Origin: Atribacterota bacterium
GTDB lineage: Bacteria > Atribacterota > Phoenicimicrobiia > Phoenicimicrobiales > Stramentimicrobiaceae
NCBI GenBank assembly: GCA_040767965.1
Contig: JAXGNR010000004.1
Location: 608,001-672,000, forward strand
DNA: 64,000 nt
Reading direction: 5' to 3'
Position 1 is the first letter of the stretch, and every line of letters starts with the position of its first letter. Below the pieces are notes generated by a model. The model saw only the letters and a program-made list of their open reading frames with translations. It made no database searches and was not told where the DNA came from. Shown in pieces: positions 62,375-64,000 of the stretch. Position numbers and translations under genes: made by a program.

Positions 62375-62768
62375 TTAATCTAATTTTTTAATTAATTTAA
62401 ATATCATTTTACAAATATATTTGGTTTTATCAGTTATTTTTTCTTTTATGTTTTCGTTTATATATTCTAAATTACATGAGATAATTACTTGTGTTTCTAA
62501 TTCTGCACAACTGCCCAGTGTAATATATAAGATTTATTGTTTATATTCTTTGTTGTGATATCTTCTAAAACCTTCTGCAATATTCGATGGTATAGATACT
62601 GCACTCCTTCTCATCTGGGAAGTCAGTCCATAATATTTCATCATTTGGATATTTTCTTGTTACAAGATAAATGTCTTTGACTAACCTTATAATCTCTTGC
62701 CATATCCTCAGATCTTTAAAATTTTTAATTTTATTTTCTTTATTCTCAATATTTTCTATATCTGCCAT
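62375..62768 (-). pseudogene. Four-helix-bundle protein (23S rRNA IVS protein / Avd-like) pseudogene
   Basis: FKDLRIWQ...IY...YPNDEI then a +1 nt shift near 62633 into YGLTSQMRRSAVSIPSNIAEGFRR...KEYKQ*ILYITLGSCAELETQ; in-frame TAA at 62534-62536; terminal TAA at 62375. Confidence 0.9.
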
Positions 62769-62804
62769 AATATTAAATCTTATCTTACACTATTTTTACA
62801 TTTC

Positions 62805-62864
62805 CTACCGACTACCTACTATATACTACCTACCATATACTCGATACTATATACTCTATACTAT
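62805..62864. repeat. Phased 7-nt tandem array (CTnnnTA)x8, upstream flank of the four-helix-bundle gene
   Basis: CTACCGA CTACCTA CTATATA CTACCTA CCATATA CTCGATA CTATATA CTCTATA CTAT. Confidence 0.85.
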
Positions 62865-62865
62865 T

Positions 62866-64000
62866 TTAATATTCAATTTTATGTGCAGTAATCAGGATAA
62901 TAATTTCAGTTCTTTTTTTGGTCCGGTTAGTAAATTTAAATAATTCACCAATCACCGGTATTTCACTCAAAATAGGTATTTTTCTGATAGTTTGAATTTC
63001 TTCAGAGGTTATCAATCCACCTATAACATTTGTTATCCCTAAAGGTGAACGGATAATTGCCTGTTCCTGTCTGGAGTTTATTACAGGATATCCCTGAATC
63101 AGCTCTGTTCCCAATGACTCAACTTTAATGTCACAATCCATTGTTATATGGTCATCCATACTCAGACGAGGAGTAATTGTCATATTCAAGCCTACATCTA
63201 AATATCTTATTGTTTCAATTCCTTCTTCGGTCCGTTCCCGGATAGGTATTTTTGAACCGGATAAAATAATAGCTTCTTTGCCATCCAGTGTTAATATCTT
63301 TGGATTGGATAAAATATTGGTTTCTCCCTCTCTGACTAATGCATCCAGTCTTGCCTGGAATAATCCCCGTCTTTCAAAAGAACCTCCCAGGGTAATTTCT
63401 CCGAAGCTAATCTGTCCTTCAACTCTATTACCAGATTCATCAGTCCCGCCTGCGCTCCATGATATTCCCAAATCTTTTTCTTTATCTAAAGCTATTTCCA
63501 CAATTTTTGATTCTATCATTATCTGAGGAGCCCTTTTATCAAGCCCTTCAATCATTAATTTGGCATTTTCAATTTCCTGCTGATTGCCTTTAATGATAAT
63601 TTCGTTTTGTCGGTTATCAATAATTATCCGATTTTCATCAGGAATTATTATTGATAACATCTGTTTTATGGATTCAACTTCTTCAGGGGTTGTTGCATTA
63701 TCAATCTTAAAGGTATCAGTGATTAAACTGGTATCAATTTCTTTAATCAATTCTTCTGCTTTGGCAATTAAATCTGCTGTCCCTTCTAAAATCATATTGT
63801 TAAGCCTGATATCATTGGTTATTTTTATATTGTTGTTGTCTCCAAAATAATTATCCAGCACACTTTTAGTATTTTCTACATCAGCATTTTCTAAATGTAC
63901 AATTCTGGTTAATCTTTCCCTGTAGGTATCAATTACATCTTCAGTCCCTATAATAAGGGCGTTTCCAACCTGAGTATAGCTGAGTCTTTTTAGAGTTAAG
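62866..64000 (-). CDS. Secretin (type IV pilus PilQ / T2SS GspD family), 5' partial
   Basis: N3-like repeats, PQIMIESKIVE, LSNPKILTLDGKEA, DVGLNMTITP, KIPILSEIPVIGELFK, TEIIILIT; frame stays open to the window edge. Confidence 0.92.
   Translation of the reverse strand, partial: LTLKRLSYTQVGNALIIGTEDVIDTYRERLTRIVHLENADVENTKSVLDNYFGDNNNIKITNDIRLNNMILEGTADLIAKAEELIKEIDTSLITDTFKIDNATTPEEVESIKQMLSIIIPDENRIIIDNRQNEIIIKGNQQEIENAKLMIEGLDKRAPQIMIESKIVEIALDKEKDLGISWSAGGTDESGNRVEGQISFGEITLGGSFERRGLFQARLDALVREGETNILSNPKILTLDGKEAIILSGSKIPIRERTEEGIETIRYLDVGLNMTITPRLSMDDHITMDCDIKVESLGTELIQGYPVINSRQEQAIIRSPLGITNVIGGLITSEEIQTIRKIPILSEIPVIGELFKFTNRTKKRTEIIILITAHKIEY

Noticed and set aside
62265-62865. Diversity-generating retroelement or CRISPR array
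   Set aside because: No reverse transcriptase, template/variable repeat pair or cas genes seen; repeats are contiguous 7-mers without spacers
62671-62943. Plus-strand ORFs with Y/T/I/L/P-rich translation
   Set aside because: Translation of the heptamer array and the antisense strand of the pseudogene
250-63850. Numerous 60-150 aa ORFs antisense to or nested in long genes (e.g. 4908-5321, 28390-28794, 34051-34494, 63128-63526)
   Set aside because: They overlap well-supported housekeeping genes and show no recognisable motifs

Overview
AT-rich bacterial chromosomal window made almost entirely of core housekeeping genes on the minus strand. In order: miaA/miaB, rny, recX/recA, thpR, rodZ, ftsK, pnp-rpsO, the nusA-infB-rbfA-truB-ribF operon, the CIRCE-controlled hrcA-grpE-dnaK-dnaJ operon, lepA, a frameshifted murJ, rpsT, holA, comEC/comEA, folC and valS with a T-box, tig-clpP-clpX, seven tRNAs, rph-rdgB, xseAB, nusB, efp, glyA and rimO. 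Gene order and regulation are Firmicutes-like (CIRCE, T-box, RNase Y), yet an outer-membrane secretin is present. This suggests a diderm lineage such as Atribacterota (inference only). I saw no CRISPR array, prophage or transposase. The most unusual signals are in the last 4 kb and in leaders: (1) a degraded four-helix-bundle (IVS/Avd-like) gene bracketed by two mutually inverted 7-nt-period arrays, directly behind the secretin stop codon; (2) a 27-bp REP-like element at the exact point where a PKD/Big-1 lipoprotein is truncated; (3) a valS T-box with a shortened Stem I lacking the apical tRNA-elbow module; (4) a rimP-leader-like palindrome kept without rimP; (5) probable ATT start codons; (6) a standalone baeRF/Balon-like factor. 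All calls come from motif recognition by eye; no searches were run.
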